Source of the DNA: Octopus bimaculoides | Lineage: Eukaryota | DNA: 50,900 nt | Reading direction: 5' to 3' | NCBI RefSeq assembly: GCF_001194135.2 | Contig: NC_068982.1 | Location: forward strand, 177,090,305-177,141,204 | Shown here: positions 25,650 to 38,732 of the stretch, piece by piece | Layout: every line of letters begins with the position of its first letter | How positions within the stretch are numbered: position 1 is the first letter of the stretch | Notes under the pieces: model-generated | Seen by the model: only the letters and a program-made list of their open reading frames with translations | Told to the model about the DNA's origin: nothing | The model's database searches: none | Translations under genes and position numbers: made by a program

Positions 25650-26592
25650 TAAATGATAAGTCATATGCTTGGAAAGGGTGGTAATCTGAGGATTCAAGGT
25701 CTGGACTGTAGGCAGGGTGAGACAGCATCTCAAGTTCCTCAAGTTTTGGCTTGGTCATATTGGCAGTGTGTGCTAGGGTACTGTCATGCCGTAAGAGTGC
25801 GCGCCTTCGATTGACAAATGTAGGGTAACGGGCTTTCAAAGCATCACATCCGTGCTGTAATTGTTAAGCTTAAAGGTTGACGTTCTCAGCATGAACATCT
25901 GGGAGAAGCTCAAAGAGCAACACTCCCTTACCTCTCCCACAAAATCACATGACATTCTGTTCAAACTGCACCTATCTAACAACAGTTTCTGAAGCCTGGC
26001 AGGAACGAAGCTACTGATTTCTCTTATGAGGATCATGAAAATTGATTTATTGTTCATCACCAGTTACCATTCGACACCAGGACTGGGCATCTTGTCAGCA
26101 ATTTGCAAATGTTCACACATCGCTGAGTTCGATTATTGGCCAGTGGATGAGGAGCTTCGCGACAGCGTCTAATCACAAAGATGAGCTTATGTAGGGTCTA
26201 TTGAGGGTGCTTTCTGAAGGACAAAGTTTTACCGACAATGAAGGAATGCTTGTGCCTCATCTTCCTTGGCTTTGGTTTGCCTTCCAGATTGGTGTTACCT
26301 TCCTCGAAACGTCTGAACCAGTTTTGCGCCACACGTTCCTTGACAGTTCCTGATCCTTCCATACATAATTATTTTATTTTGCTGCTGCCCTGCCACTCAG
26401 GCCTTTTTCATTATCAAAGTTGGAAACTAAAGAATAAATGATTAATCTTTATATGTTGTACATGAAAATAAAGAATAAATAATCCAGTAACTATTACAGA
26501 ACACGTTGTATCTATTAATGATATAACATGGAGATACAAGTTGCCAAAACACATCAGTAAAAATCTGACAAAAAAAATGATCCAACGATTAT
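25650..26592 (-). mobile_element. mariner (DD34D-type) transposon remnant
   Basis: Frameshifted pieces GTVKERVAQNWFRRFEEGNTNL, TGDEQ-like first Asp, LLRHDSTLAH, LSHPAYSPDLESSDYHPF. Confidence 0.85.
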
Positions 26593-26607
26593 TAATTAGA
26601 TGATGGG

Positions 26608-26679
26608 AATAGGAAACGATCCAATAGGAAACGATCCAATAGGAAACGATCCAATAGGAAACGATTCAAAAGAAAACGA
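26608..26679 (+). repeat. 15-bp minisatellite (aataggaaacgatcc) x ~4.8
   Basis: Three perfect units plus degenerate units, directly visible. Confidence 0.9.
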
Positions 26680-27339
26680 AAGTTGACATTATCTATTTGG
26701 ACTTGAGCAACTCATTTAAAAAAATAGGATCCTATACAAGTTGAGATCTAAGTAGAAACACCGTAGTTTGCATAAAAATCAGCATATCAGCACATTCAAC
26801 GACTACGAACATGGTGATGCAATCAAGCTCGATGAAATTCATGGGAGACTTTTGTTAATGACATATTCATAACGCCACACATTGCTCTGCCTAAATTGTT
26901 GATCAGGTTTCTCGATGATCCTCAGTTATCAAAGCAAAATTTCCATCTCTCTTTGATCCTCATTGAAGAAAATATAACTGCAAGCGAGAATGTGACTGCC
27001 AACTGAATCAGAATCCCAATAATCCATCGATATCCACCCCAATATATGTCTTATAACATTCAACGTTCAACGACATGGTATAGCCTAATTTAAACAGTCA
27101 CAGCTACACAGTTTATCAGACCTCCAAGTGATAAACGAGATAGTCAAAAGATTTTGGCATTAGAAACTGACTGAAAGGAGAAAAACATATTTCAGATCGG
27201 CATTCACTATTTTCTGCCATATTATTGAAATGTAAATAAGATTGACAAAAAAAAAAAAAAAGAGATGCAATATATTAATAATGTTATAAATAAATATTGG
27301 TTTCAAATTTTGGTTCAATGCCAGTAATTTAACGGTCAG

Positions 27340-27826
27340 CGAGTAAGTCNNNNNNNNNNAACGTAAAGTCGGACGAAATGCTGCTCAGCATTTTGCCCGG
27401 CGTGATAATGTCTCTGACAGCTCGCCGCCATAATATTCTAAATAAATATTCATTTCTACTCTAGGCACAAGACTGGAAATTTTGGGGAGGGGCCAGTCGA
27501 TTTGATCGACTCCAGTACGCAGCTGGTACTTAATTTATCAACCCCGAAAGGATAAATTAAGGCAGAGGCCACCTCGGCGGAGTTTGAACCCAGGATGTAA
27601 AGACAGATGAAATACCGCTAAGCATTTCGCCCGGCGTGCTAACATTTCTGCCAGCTTCTAATTAAATATTAATTTCAAATTCTGGCACTTACTTATTTTA
27701 TCTACATCGAAAAGTGGAACGACAAAGGTCGACCTCGATGGAAATTGAACTTACAATGTAAAGGTGGACGAAACACTGCAATGTATTTTACTCGGCGTGG
27801 TAACGACTCTGTTAGCTCGCCGCTAT
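27340..27826 (-). mobile_element. Cluster of three same-family SINE copies/fragments in the same orientation
   Basis: Repeated ...gcatt(t/c)gcccggcgtg(a/c)taa...cagctcgccgc heads ending at ~27430, ~27657 and ~27826. Confidence 0.7.
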
Positions 27827-29207
27827 GATTTTATGAATGAATATTAAAAAATGGCGACTAGAAGAGTAACTTATAGATTGCGACATGGCCGCGATGATGA
27901 CAACTACAACGCCGACGTAGATCATGAGGGTGATGATACTGAAGATACGGATGTTAAAGATGATATTGATAATGATGACGACGATGATGACGATGCCAAT
28001 CATTATGGCAGGGAGGAGGCGGAAAAGAAGAACAAGAAAAATGAGTAGTTAAGAAAAAACAAAGACACTGAAATTGAAACCGATGTGAACAATGGCGCAG
28101 TTGTGGAATCAGGCGCAGTTAAGTAAGTAGTGGTGGATATTGACATTGAATAAGATGCGGGTGATCAAACCTATTATAATGCTGAAAATGGTATGTTTTC
28201 ACTTATTTCTTTTAAATCTCTGCACCATTGCTCCTCTTCTCTACGTCTACACAGTTATAATCTCTCTCTTCACATTACTATTATCATTATTTTCACTTTG
28301 TAATATAATTAACACTAACTCGAAGATGGATTTCATCGATTGGCAAGTGTATAATAAATGTTAAAACTTCGCACTTCCTCATAGATATTAAAACAATGTA
28401 TAGATGATGCTAACACAGAACATCCAAAATTGTAAATTATATATATATATATATATATATNNNNNNNNNNNNNNNNNNNNNNNNNNNNNNNNNNNNNNNN
28501 NNNNNNNNNNNNNNNNNNNNNNNNNNNNNNNNNNNNNNNNNNNNNNNNNNNNNNNNNNNNNNNNNNNNNNNNNNNNNNNNNNNNNNNNNNNNNNNNNNNN
28601 NNNNNNNNNNNNNNNNNNNNNNNNNNNNNNNNNNNNNNNNNNNNNNNNNNNNNNNNNNNNNNNNNNNNNNNNNNNNNNNNNNNNNNNNNNNNNNNNNNNN
28701 NNNNNNNNNNNNNNNNNNNNNNNNNNNNNNNNNNNNNNNNNNNNNNNNNNNNNNNNNNNNNNNNNNNNNNNNNNNNNNNNNNNNNNNNNNNNNNNNNNNN
28801 NNNNNNNNNNNNNNNNNNNNNNNNNNNNNNNNNNNNNNNNNNNNNNNNNNNNNNNNNNNNNNNNNNNNNNNNNNNNNNNNNNNNNNNNNNNNNNNNNNNN
28901 NNNNNNNNNNNNNNNNNNNNNNNNNNNNNNNNNNNNNNNNNNNNNNNNNNNNNNNNNNNNNNNNNNNNNNNNNNNNNNNNNNNNNNNNNNNNNNNNNNNN
29001 NNNNNNNNNNNNNNNNNNNNNNNNNNNNNNNNNNNNNNNNNNNNNNNNNNNNNNNNNNNNNNNNNNNNNNNNNNNNNNNNNNNNNNNNNNNNNNNNNNNN
29101 NNNNNNNNNNNNNNNNNNNNNNNNNNNNNNNNNNNNNNNNNNNNNNNNNNNNNNNNNNNNNTTTTTTTTCACACATATATAGATATACATATAAATGTAT
29201 ACAATAC

Positions 29208-29208
29208 T

Positions 29209-29286
<78 letters not shown>
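29208..29286. repeat. (AGT)n microsatellite
   Basis: Directly visible. Confidence 0.95.
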
Positions 29287-29287
<1 letters not shown>

Positions 29288-29680
29288 CGGTGGTGAAGGT
29301 TGATTCTAATACATTTACGCACAACGTTTTGATTGCTGTCATTTTGTTCATAGATATATACATATATATTTATATCATGTATATATGAAATATACACAAA
29401 TTTCTGTGAACAATAATATCCTTGGCTATCCATAATCTCTTCAGAATATATTGTCTATTTCGTTTATTCTGTTTTTGCGATATTCAAAGAAACAAATTCT
29501 GAAATAATGCATTAAGGTCTTAAGAGTGTTAACTCTTCTTGACAACCAAGCACTTCTTTGTTTGGTGTCTGTATATTCTGGATATATTTTGTAGTTAACA
29601 TCCAAATATGTTAAACCCTAACTTTTTGGGGCCTAACCCAACTAAAAAAGTAAAAACATCATAAAACAAGAAATCATTAC

Positions 29681-30061
29681 GAGACATGATATTCGGTGAT
29701 CTTGCATTATCATACCAAGATCAAGGTCAAGGTTGTCCTTGGTGGTTGTAGTTGGAGGTCTCCCTGGTCTTGGATCATCTTCCGCACTCTCCCTGCCACG
29801 CTTGAATTCATTTACTCAGCGTTAGACTGTTGCATATGAAAGAGCATTGTCTGTTAAGGTTCTCACCATATCTTCATGGATTTCTGATGGAGTCATGCCT
29901 TTCAAATGAAGGTACTTTATGACAGCACGATATTCAGTTTTCTCCATTTTCCTTGTAAATTCGAAGCTTGTTAATTAAAAAATCTGCAACAAAAAAAAAT
30001 TAAAATATCAGAATCAAAAATACTCCAAAAAGACTGTACTTACCAGAAAAAACTTGTTTCA
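29681..30061 (-). mobile_element. mariner transposase 5' remnant (HTH region)
   Basis: ATG at 29947: MEKTEYRAVIKYLHLKGMTPSEIHEDMVRTL...YATV*R*VNEFKRGRESAEDDPRPGRP. 5' end runs into an N gap. Confidence 0.85.
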
Positions 30062-31215
30062 NNNNNNNNNNNNNNNNNNNNNNNNNNNNNNNNNNNNNNN
30101 NNNNNNNNNNNNNNNNNNNNNNNNNNNNNNNNNNNNNNNNNNNNNNNNNNNNNNNNNNNNNNNNNNNNNNNNNNNNNNNNNNNNNNNNNNNNNNNNNNNN
30201 NNNNNNNNNNNNNNNNNNNNNNNNNNNNNNNNNNNNNNNNNNNNNNNNNNNNNNNNNNNNNNNNNNNNNNNNNNNNNNNNNNNNNNNNNNNNNNNNNNNN
30301 NNNNNNNNNNNNNNNNNNNNNNNNNNNNNNNNNNNNNNNNNNNNNNNNNNNNNNNNNNNNNNNNNNNNNNNNNNNNNNNNNNNNNNNNNNNNNNNNNNNN
30401 NNNNNNNNNNNNNNNNNNNNNNNNNNNNNNNNNNNNNNNNNNNNNNNNNNNNNNNNNNNNNNNNNNNNNNNNNNNNNNNNNNNNNNNNNNNNNNNNNNNN
30501 NNNNNNNNNNNNNNNNNNNNNNNNNNNNNNNNNNNNNNATATATATTACAAACTTGAATGTTAAATTTAATCAAATATTTCTAAAACCATTTCCATAGGA
30601 CGTATAAATATAATTGCCATTTAACATTCAAAACTTATGTTTGAAAACATGGGAAACAACTGGTTTATTCGTTATCAATTATTTGCATCAAAGGTTACTT
30701 TCTTTTATATATCATAAATATCAATAACACTATCATAACTATAAAAAGGAAAATTGTAATCAAATATTTCTAAATATAATATAGATAGATACATAACTAT
30801 ACATAAATTTGAATATTACGTCTGAAATGCAGATTTACAGCGATTGCGTTTCCAAATGTTCATGCTCTTATCGTTTGTGCATATACACAGATACAAATGC
30901 AAATATATTTGTATACAAATATATTTATATACATCTGTATATAAAATTGGTGTCATTATATTATTTTGTGTCATTATGTTACATATTTTGCACGTATAAT
31001 TTTCACTTTGTTACTCAATTAAATATAACGATTGGTCTTCATTTCGCCTACTGGAACCAGTAATAGTCATAAAATTTTTAATCTTATTTTCAAAAGTTAT
31101 TGAATTTGCTCTAATTGTTGTTAACGTTAATAGTTGAAGTGAAAACAACATTCTATATTAGGAGATAAAGAAGTTATGCTCACTATAACATTTCTTTTTG
31201 TTTGTGTGTATATAC

Positions 31216-31260
<45 letters not shown>

Positions 31261-33049
31261 NNNNNNNNNNNNNNNNNNNNNNNNNNNNNNNNNNNNNNNN
31301 NNNNNNNNNNNNNNNNNNNNNNNNNNNNNNNNNNNNNNNNNNNNNNNNNNNNNNNNNNNNNNNNNNNNNNNNNNNNNNNNNNNNNNNNNNNNNNNNNNNN
31401 NNNNNNNNNNNNNNNNNNNNNNNNNNNNNNNNNNNNNNNNNNNNNNNNNNNNNNNNNNNNNNNNNNNNNNNNNNNNNNNNNNNNNNNNNNNNNNNNNNNN
31501 NNNNNNNNNNNNNNNNNNNNNNNNNNNNNNNNNNNNNNNNNNNNNNNNNNNNNNNNNNNNNNNNNNNNNNNNNNNNNNNNNNNNNNNNNNNNNNNNNNNN
31601 NNNNNNNNNNNNNNNNNNNNNNNNNNNNNNNNNNNNNNNNNNNNNNNNNNNNNNNNNNNNNNNNNNNNNNNNNNNNNNNNNNNNNNNNATATATATTTAT
31701 ATATATACATACATACATAAATAAATATATGTATGTATATATATCCAATCTCATTGATTTACATTTATGTAAAATAATATATTTGTACCCATTAATGAAT
31801 TACTTGTTTATTACATTTATATTGCTAATTTCATATCTCTCTTTTCCATTTTATACAGCAATATAATAAAAAAAAATCAAAGGATTTTCCTATGTTATCA
31901 TGTCATGTTCTAGTCTTTGTATCTTATTCATACAAGGTTTTGATCTTTTCATCAAATAAATCATTACTGTTTTGAGGATTAAGTCTGGTGTGTTTCTTCA
32001 TCCGTTCATCTTTCTGTGTGTGGTGGGTGCTTATTAAGAAAGAAGTATTTTTGCCAACTGACTCTGTCTTGTTTTGAAATGTTTCCTAAATCCACATGAA
32101 GTTGTCTGATAATGAATTTGTGTAATCTTTTCTATGCTTTTAATAGTCAAAATTTGTTACTTAGTTCTTTTGTACAAATGTTTGAATAATTCAAACGACA
32201 TTATTCGGATTTCTACATCACATTTTCTTCTCTCTTTTCTTACGAAATATTCTGTCTTTTGCTAATTTCCTCATATTCAATATATTTTGACTACACTTTA
32301 ATATTTCATAAGCGAAAGAAAATTTTAAATACTGTTTATGTTCTCAATATTTTGTAAGCTCTAATATTTTCAATGTTAGCTTCAAGAAGTTTTCTATAAG
32401 TTTTAATTGAGAATCACCGAGAAAATCATTCGATACACGTTACTCTCGAAATGTTTCGCGTGCATATAATGTATTATTTGTAAGAGCAAAATCAAAATCA
32501 CTTTAGGAACTTCAAACTTATATTTAGGTTAAGAATGAATGCTATATATTCTCAGTTACATCTTAAATATTTAATTCTGTATTTCAAATGTGATTTTAAA
32601 AAATGGATTTTAGAACTTTTTTTTTTTAATATTTTCCTTTCGGATATTGTTTAGCTGAAAAATCGGTAAATATTCTTATTTTTTGGGAAAGTACAGTTTC
32701 TCCTGCATTTGTTGTTTAGATATGCTATTTCCAATACTGTCTTTAAAACTTTACTATGGACGTCCACTGAAATTTTCATATACAATCGCACAACACATGT
32801 TACTCTCAAAATGATTCTGGTGCGTATAATAACCCTAGTTTCGTAAGAAATCTAAGTCACTTCGTTTACGTTAAAATCATATTGGGAAAATGTATCAATG
32901 CTATAAATTCCCATTTATATATTTTGTGCTCTTACTGATACAACAGTATCATGCTTTTGCTAGAGAAAGAATATATATGTGTTTGTGGGTGTGTTAATAT
33001 ATGTATGTATGTGTATTGTGCGTGTGTGCGTGTGTATGTGCATGTGTTT

Positions 33050-33095
33050 CTCTGTGTGTATGTATATATATATATCCATATATATATATATATAT

Positions 33096-33182
<87 letters not shown>

Positions 33183-33257
33183 TATATATATACACATATA
33201 TATACGTATATACATATATATACATATATACATATATATATATACAATATTTATGCG

Positions 33258-33288
<31 letters not shown>

Positions 33289-33290
33289 AT
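33050..33290. repeat. Long (TA)n-rich microsatellite
   Basis: Directly visible. Confidence 0.95.
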
Positions 33291-35227
33291 GTTTATAGTT
33301 TTTCTGCATATGCACACCTACGTGTGTAAGTGTCGATATGCATGAATATCGTACTGGCATACATACATGCAGCCAATATTAAAATGGTTACTCTCGAAAT
33401 GCTCGCTAATGCGTGTAAATATTCGGACTGCATATTTTGGTTACTATATTTGTTACTTGTTACTCTGAAGTAATCATGCCACCTACGTTGTCTTTTGTTG
33501 AACCGTACAAACTTTGTTACTCTCTAATGCTTGTGGTGTGCATAAAATACGAGTTCTGTTGAATTTAAAATGAAATACATAAAACAAAAAATGTTTGTAT
33601 ATGAAATTAATAAAAAAAATGGAAATAACAACATAATGCAGACTGAAAGAAACACAGTTTAAAAGACTTCCACCCAGACAAGGGAAAACTGTTTTGTCAG
33701 AATATATAATCATCGACAAAGAAGTGTGTAAGTATACGATTATTAATAATTTATTTCTCCTATTACATGACTGAAAAATTGGATATTCCTCGTTCGCATT
33801 GTATATTCAAATTGATTTCCTAGCTTGAAAAATATGAAAAGGTGCTGCAGGCAAAGTCTGTAATCTTGAATAAACCTTATAGTGAAGAATGTGTGGCAAT
33901 CTAAACTAGGCATTCAGCCTTGATGTTATTATATTGATACTATAAATATTATATATTCTGTTTAAAGTAATCCAGAACGTTTAATTTTGAATTGTTTGTA
34001 TGTTTGAATGTTAGATCTCAACGAAAATTGGATGGGTTCACTAGAAATTAGTACTGAGAATATTAAGAGAGTATATAAAATGAATCGTGGGTGCGCTACA
34101 AGCAAAAGTAGTCATTGAGGTTTCATAGAGTCAACAGAGAATAAAAGAAAATGATTTCTCACTTTACCACAAGAGCACAAGTCTATTGAAAAGGTGTAAA
34201 CATAATGGAATACAATCTCGGAATGAGTCTTATATTCACCAGTTACAATGAAAGATAAGTTTATTCTGGTGAGATATTTGAACCTTACAAAGTGCCGCAC
34301 AAACTTCTTGCAGTATGTTTTGTACAGCTTTGAAGCGACTAATAACCGTTAGTTTTAATATTGGCATTAAATATTTCAATATTTAGTATAGTATTGAACC
34401 GACCGGAATATATTTTTGGAGCCGTAAGAATGAACGGCAAAGTCTAAAGATGTAAAATAATACGATTAAATATCACAAGGTATTTGAGCCGACGCTCCAC
34501 CTATTTTGCCTATATAGTGTAACTCCAATTTATATTTGTTTCTCGTAAATGCAAAAAGCCAATTTTGAGGAATCATTTAGACGATCCCATACACCATACT
34601 ACTTTGCTGGTACTTTACTTTAGCAATCCCGAAAGAATGAAAACTAAAGTTGGTATCACAAATAATTTAAAATCAGAACCAGAACAAATACATCAAGACA
34701 ATTTTTGTGGCTCTTTTTAGATTCTGCCCTTCAATACATCTTCTTTGCATTAAATGATAAATAATATCAAATTAATCGATGATGTTGTTTATACAGAGTG
34801 AGTACAGAAACGATAGAATACAGGACTAAAAATTCCATACTAAGTAACTGAATCTTACACATTCTGAATTCAGCGTGTGACTGATTATTCCTGGCATCGG
34901 TGTGCTACAGAATCTGTTGACTGCCGTACTGTCAGATGTCAACAAAATAAATTTAATTCATAATTTATTTACAATGACATTATTCTTTTGATTTCACGCA
35001 CAAAGCATAAGTCTATTTTCGTCATTCGTTAGACTATTTTTTCGTCCATTCCATCAAATATTGTACTACAACAATATTATCATAGTAAACCAACATGTAT
35101 TCCAATAAAATATTTTTTCTACTGTGTGATGTTCATTCTTTGCATGTAATCTTACGAATGTTCTTTTTTAAATAGTAAACTATTTTGATTTTATATTTCA
35201 ACACACACGCACACGCACGCGCATGCG

Positions 35228-35267
<40 letters not shown>

Positions 35268-36329
35268 AATATATATATATATATATATATNNNNNNNNNN
35301 NNNNNNNNNNNNNNNNNNNNNNNNNNNNNNNNNNNNNNNNNNNNNNNNNNNNNNNNNNNNNNNNNNNNNNNNNNNNNNNNNNNNNNNNNNNNNNNNNNNN
35401 NNNNNNNNNNNNNNNNNNNNNNNNNNNNNNNNNNNNNNNNNNNNNNNNNNNNNNNNATATATATATATATACAAATTTAGGCAATGGAGTAGATAATATC
35501 CAGGCTACATATGTTTCTTAGCTATCAGAACCTCAGAAGTAGTAATTTCTCAAACGAAGGGTACTCCGCTAGCTGCTCATCAAACCGAAGGTAACTAAGT
35601 CAAATGGAGGTTATATTGTTGTCCAGGGATCCCATGTAAATTCGCAGGAGATTTGATCGAAAATGATGAGTACCTAGTGGAGTACCCCTCAGTAGAGTAT
35701 ATACTACTTCTGTGGTCTTGCTAGCTAGAAACCATACGTAACCTAGATTTTATCTACTGCATTCTCTAAATTTGGATTTTTATTTGCATACAAAGAAACT
35801 CCAGTTGCTAAACATGGATTATAAAATCACTTTTTTCAGTATATCGAACTTCGATATGGACAAAAGTTACAAACTTCTACGTCAATAAACCACTATTGTT
35901 TCTGAAACATTTTTTATACATTCTAGGAACTAATCGAAGCTTACTAACTTCCTACACTATAATCCTTGGATCTTATCTTTACACACACACACACACACAC
36001 GCGCGCACACACACATGCACACACACACAAGTCTATGTGTGTATACACATCTGTGTGTGTGTGCATAAGATATCATTTTTACTTGCCATTTCACTCATTT
36101 CTATAACAGTACATTTTGGTTAGTGTAGCATACTAGAAGTCGGCATAAAGAACTGATATATAAAGAAATAATCCTTTTCATAGAAGCAATAAATTAAAGT
36201 ATACAAGGATAAAAGGAATCAAAACATAAAATAAAATACAATACAGCGATAAGACACAGTTAAATACAGACATACAATATACATGCGATCAGATTAAACA
36301 TATATATATATATATATATATATATGTGA

Positions 36330-37350
36330 TACTCATTCGGAAGCCATGACAAAACTCCGAGTTTCTGATGCCGGGGTGGGAACTCACGTCAACATCTCTT
36401 CAGTTATCTGGCCATTGCAAATTCCTGTGAAAATGACCAATCTGTATATGTATATACTAAACCACCCTCGCTTGAAACACACACATGCTCACCCATATAC
36501 TCGCCAAAAACTATACATATAGGTACATATACATATATATACCCGCAAACACGGGTATACCAACATGCACACCCCTACACACACGCACTCAACAACCTCG
36601 CATCCATACATACACACACAAACAAAATTTTTATAGGGCTAAAGCAAAATACAGAAGAAAGTGTGAGAAAGCTATAAGGTTAAAACGCGTCTAATATACG
36701 CATATTTTCACATGCACGCACATACATCTATATTTACACGTACCCGCACACATGCACGCATTCACAAGCGCGCACATAAGGTTCCATGTACGTGTCTATA
36801 GACGCACAGGAAAAAAGCAGGGAAGAGGGGAGAAAACAGGAAAAAATATGTGTGGAAAAAATACAAAACATGAACTCTATAATTATGTAAAAAATATTAA
36901 AAATATAAGAAATATATAAGAAATCTAAGTAAAAAGTATAGAAAGATAAAAAGCTTATACAAAAACACAATATAGAAAGCAAGTCCTATCGGTAAAGTCC
37001 TATCAGTAAAAATATAAAAAATATATAAGAAATCTAAGTAAAAAGTATAGAGAGTTAAAAAGACTGTACATAGACACAAATATAGAAAGCAAGTACTATC
37101 AGTAACCTCAAGGGGACCAAAAAAGTAGCAAATATTTGGCCACATGTGGACATGATCCGAAAAGTTCAGTCCTTGAATTTAGACATGTGGTGGGGTCTCA
37201 GCTGCCTTTCCAGATGAGCCATCTTTCCATATCACATAGACCGCACCTTCCGCTGCCACTGGTGTATTTACAATAATCTTTTGAGAACACAGATATTTTT
37301 TTCTGAACCTCCTTGATGTGCTTGTTCCCTGGTATTAAATTGATATTAAT
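36330..37350 (-). mobile_element. Penelope-like element 3' end with hammerhead, flanked by (TA)n
   Basis: KYTSGSGRCGLCDMERWLIW then frameshifted DPTTCLNSRTELFGSCPHVAKYLL (PLE GIY-YIG C-terminus); ~110-bp tandem duplication at ~36895-37105; hammerhead near the 3' end. Confidence 0.75.
36343..36412 (-). ncRNA. Type I hammerhead ribozyme, family 4 (well formed)
   Basis: Minus: GCCAGAUAA CUGAAGA GAUGUUG acgugaguucccaccc CGGCAUC A GAAA CUCGGAG UU UUGUC A UGGC. 9-bp stem I with one bulge, 7-bp stem II, near-palindromic stem III, GUU site; cut between 36353 and 36352. Confidence 0.75.
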
Positions 37351-38732
37351 TAATATCCAATTTTTTACCCTAATGTTTTAATTTATATATATNNNNNNNN
37401 NNNNNNNNNNNNNNNNNNNNNNNNNNNNNNNNNNNNNNNNNNNNNNNNNNNNNNNNNNNNNNNNNNNNNNNNNNNNNNNNNNNNNNNNNNNNNNNNNNNN
37501 NNNNNNNNNNNNNNNNNNNNNNNNNNNNNNNNNNNNNNNNNNNNNNNNNNNNNNNNNNNNNNNNNNNNNNNNNNNNNNNNNNNNNNNNNNNNNNNNNNNN
37601 NNNNNNNNNNNNNNNNNNNNNNNNNNNNNNNNNNNNNNNNNNNNNNNNNNNNNNNNNNNNNNNNNNNNNNNNNNNNNNNNNNNNNNNNNNNNNNNNNNNN
37701 NNNNNNNNNNNNNNNNNNNNNNNNNNNNNNNNNNNNNNNNNNNNNNNNNNNNNNNNNNNNNNNNNNNNNNNNNNNNNNNNNNNNNNNNNNNNNNNNNNNN
37801 NNNNNNNNNNNNNNNNNNNNNNNNNNNNNNNNNNNNNNNNNNNNNNNNNNNNNNNNNNNNNNNNNNNNNNNNNNNNNNNNNNNNNNNNNNNNNNNNNNNN
37901 NNNNNNNNNNNNNNNNNNNNNNNNNNNNNNNNNNNNNNNNNNNNNNNNNNNNNNNNNNNNNNNNNNNNNNNNNNNNNNNNNNNNNNNNNNNNNNNNNNNN
38001 NNNNNNNNNNNNNNNNNNNNNNNNNNNNNNNNNNNNNNNNNNNNNNNNNNNNNNNNNNNNNNNNNNNNNNNNNNNNNNNNNNNNNNNNNNNNNNNNNNNN
38101 NNNNNNNNNNNNNNNNNNNNNNNNNNNNNNNNNNNNNNNNNNNNNNNNNNNNNNNNNNNNNNNNNNNNNNNNNNNNNNNNNNNNNNNNNNNNNNNNNNNN
38201 NNNNNNNNNNNNNNNNNNNNNNNNNNNNNNNNNNNNNNNNNNNNNNNNNNNNNNNNNNNNNNNNNNNNNNNNNNNNNNNNNNNNNNNNNNNNNNNNNNNN
38301 NNNNNNNNNNNNNNNNNNNNNNNNNNNNNNNNNNNNNNNNATTGTTCCACTTACGATCTGACGAGTAGCTATATTTTTGAATAGAATTTATTTTCGATAA
38401 TTTCAATTGATTTTAATTGATTTAAATTTCTTTTCTATTTGAAAATTGGTTATGAAACACGTGTAATCTTTTTATTATATTTATCTTATGATATTTACTT
38501 TACTTTATATTATACTCATTTATTGTGCTTTTAATTATTAATTTTTTTATATGTGATAGTGGATTTTCATCGATGAGTTCTTGAAAATTGGTTATTTTCC
38601 CTAAAACTATATATTTTATATATACTTTATCTATAAGGCTCAATTTAATTTTAATTTTTTATAAATTGATTTTAATTGAGTTTTTTACCTGTAATTTTGG
38701 ATTTTGTCCCTAATATTATTATATACATATAT

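Noticed and set aside
26608-26679. Regular 15-bp repeats as a CRISPR array
   Set aside because: No spacers, eukaryotic context; simple minisatellite.
27851-28048. Acidic ORF MATRRVTY...DDDD
   Set aside because: Degenerate (GAT)n/(AAG)n low-complexity sequence.
34859-34928. Minus candidate exon TAVNRFCSTPMPGIISHTLNSEC (a similar one lies near 33487-33555)
   Set aside because: Splice signals are plausible, but phase does not fit the CARD model and no homology was recognised.
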